The notes under the pieces were generated by a model that saw nothing but the letters and a program-made list of their open reading frames with translations, searched no databases and was not told the DNA's origin. DNA of 63,633 nt, counting the filler, from Pseudomonadota bacterium (lineage in GTDB: Bacteria > Bdellovibrionota_F > JAHFAK01 > JBDREC01): NCBI GenBank assembly GCA_043820105.1. It is 8 parts of 8 records of this genome, joined end to end, with 100 filler letters (N's around TTAATTAATTAA, not from the genome) between each part and the next. Parts side by side here need not be neighbours in the genome. Positions count along the whole stretch, not along the records: positions 60,685 to 63,633 come from JBDREC010000025.1; 7 more parts are not named here. One strand, 5' to 3'. The translations under genes were made by a program, and so were the position numbers. Of the stretch, positions 61,962 to 63,633 are shown piece by piece. The stretch's first letter is position 1; every line of letters begins with the position of its first letter.

Positions 61962-62190
61962 TAAGAATAATAAAACAATAAGTCCAACATTAAACGTCGC
62001 TGGAAATTTAACTGTTTCTGGAAAAACAAACGAAAAGCAACAGATTATTTGTATCGCTTTTTTGGGTTTGCTGGCGCAAACAAACTCAACAATAGGCAAC
62101 TTTACTATAGGGCAGTACAATGCAAGTTGCGCTGGTTTCAGGTTTGGCCAGAGTGGTGGGTGGCTATTGAGCTGCACATAAGAACAAGTT

Positions 62191-62751
62191 TCATTGTTTT
62201 TTTACCAAATAAAAAGTAGTGTTATATCCCTTATTTGTAGGTAAATTGTCTTCAATAACTTTTAATTGATAAATTTTAGCACTTGCTTTTGGAAAAATTA
62301 TTAATGTTTTACAACCATATTTACCTTCTTTTAATCTTCTTGCAGCTAAAGCTGTATCTTTTGCTTCAATAAGTTTAGCATTTGGATATTGTTTCTGGAT
62401 ATACTCTTTATGCTCCTTTAATGCCTGAGGATGGGAAATTATCCTAGAATATTGTCCTTTATTTAATTTCTTGACACCAAGAAAAGCATGATCTATTTTT
62501 AAATCAATCTCATCGATTTTTTTAAAAGGATATTTTTTAATTGCTTCCTGTGTTTCCTTAACTAAACCCATTCTCGAAGATTTTACGGCAAAAGTACCTA
62601 AATCTATTTTGCCTTGGTCTAATTCCTTTAAAACATTTTCAGTTGAAATTAAATATTTGATTTGATAATTATGAATGTTTAGTTTTCTACAAAATTCATT
62701 GCATGCTTTTTCATTGCTACTGCCCTTACCACCCTGTATGCCTATAATCAT
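62191..62751 (-). CDS. stand-alone prephenate dehydratase domain (no ACT)
   Basis: QGGKGS, SHPQAL, DTALAA, NTTF. Confidence 0.8.
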   Translation of the reverse strand: MIIGIQGGKGSSNEKACNEFCRKLNIHNYQIKYLISTENVLKELDQGKIDLGTFAVKSSRMGLVKETQEAIKKYPFKKIDEIDLKIDHAFLGVKKLNKGQYSRIISHPQALKEHKEYIQKQYPNAKLIEAKDTALAARRLKEGKYGCKTLIIFPKASAKIYQLKVIEDNLPTNKGYNTTFYLVKKQ

Positions 62752-62880
62752 ATTATACTGAATGATATTTCTCTTTATTAATTTTACGAGAAAATTTTTG
62801 TTGTATGATGATAGATTAAAAACATTTGATTTGTTCTATAAACAACAAGATTTTTATAAAGAAAAAGATTCTAAGCATAC

Positions 62881-63633
62881 ATGAATATTGCTATTGTGGG
62901 GGTTGGTGAATGGGGTAAAAATCATTTAAGGGTATTTACTGAATTAAATCAAATTGATAAAATTAAGCTGTGGGATCCAAATAAAAATCATTTGGATATC
63001 CAAACACATAAATCTGAATTTGCCAAGAATTATGATGAAATCTTGAATGATAAAGAGATTAAAGCAGTCAGTATTTGTTCTCCGGCATCAACACATTATA
63101 GCTTAGCAAAAGCAGCCTTAGAAGCAGATAAACATGTTTTTGTTGAAAAGCCAATGGTTTTATCTTTAAAAAACGCAGAAGAGCTTATAGCCCTAGCAAA
63201 AAAACACAAAAGAGTGCTTATGCCCGGGCATATATTCAGGTTTGATCCTACAGTAGAAAAACTCAAAGAGATATGGGACAGCTTGGGCAACATTAGGTTT
63301 TTGGCATCTTCAAGAATTGGTTTAATAACGCCAAGAAAAGATTGCGGTGTTATTTTTGACTTTGCTACTCATGATATAGATTTAGCCTGTTATTTATTGA
63401 ATCAGATGCCTTTAGAAGTATCTGCAATTTGTAATAATCCAAGCAAAAATAATACTTTTGAAGATGTTGCTTTTGTTAATCTTTACTTTAAGAGCGGAAT
63501 AACGGCCAATATTGCTGTAAGCTGGCTAAGCCCAAAAAAAATCAGGGAGATGTTAGTTGTTGGAGATAAAAAAAGCGCAAAAATAGATTATATGCAGCAG
63601 GAGTTAACAGTATTCAATAAAACAATTACGCCT
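62881..63633 (+). CDS. Gfo/Idh/MocA oxidoreductase, 3'-truncated
   Basis: Manual translation MNIAIVGVGEWGKNH...HVFVEKP...GHIFRF...DFATHDID. Confidence 0.9.
   Translation, partial: MNIAIVGVGEWGKNHLRVFTELNQIDKIKLWDPNKNHLDIQTHKSEFAKNYDEILNDKEIKAVSICSPASTHYSLAKAALEADKHVFVEKPMVLSLKNAEELIALAKKHKRVLMPGHIFRFDPTVEKLKEIWDSLGNIRFLASSRIGLITPRKDCGVIFDFATHDIDLACYLLNQMPLEVSAICNNPSKNNTFEDVAFVNLYFKSGITANIAVSWLSPKKIREMLVVGDKKSAKIDYMQQELTVFNKTITP

Noticed and set aside
61713..62177. 154-aa minus-strand ORF
   Set aside because: Antisense to the clear hicA gene, with no motifs.

Overview
The window is not one locus. It contains eight contigs joined by 100-bp artificial linkers (N44-TTAATTAATTAA-N44): 1-21502, 21603-40193, 40294-42574, 42675-46145, 46246-48446, 48547-54670, 54771-60584 and 60685-63633. 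Contigs 1-2 (perhaps also 6) look like one AT-rich Gram-negative bacterium; deltaproteobacterial/Bdellovibrionota-like is an inference. They carry tRNA-fMet beside an integrase remnant, an SLBB export gene, ychF, tilS, RNase G/E, a purA-guaB-purM-purL-purQ cluster, orphan lipoproteins with sigma-54 promoters, heptamer repeats, a MITE and an IS21-like end. Contigs 3 and 7 look CPR-like (DUF5667; rpmE, pyrH, a palindrome-flanked Y1/RAYT transposase, greA, lysS, serS). Contigs 5 and 8 look archaeal (TBP, a compact RNase P RNA, 23S 3' end, hicBA), and contig 4 probably is too. Contig 6 is mostly decayed genes. The best candidate for an undescribed system is contig 4: a translationally coupled polymorphic-toxin-like operon built on a split gingipain/C25-like scaffold, with a KNEGGxNWG loop shared by two different proteins. 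All family assignments come from motif recognition by eye; no searches were run.
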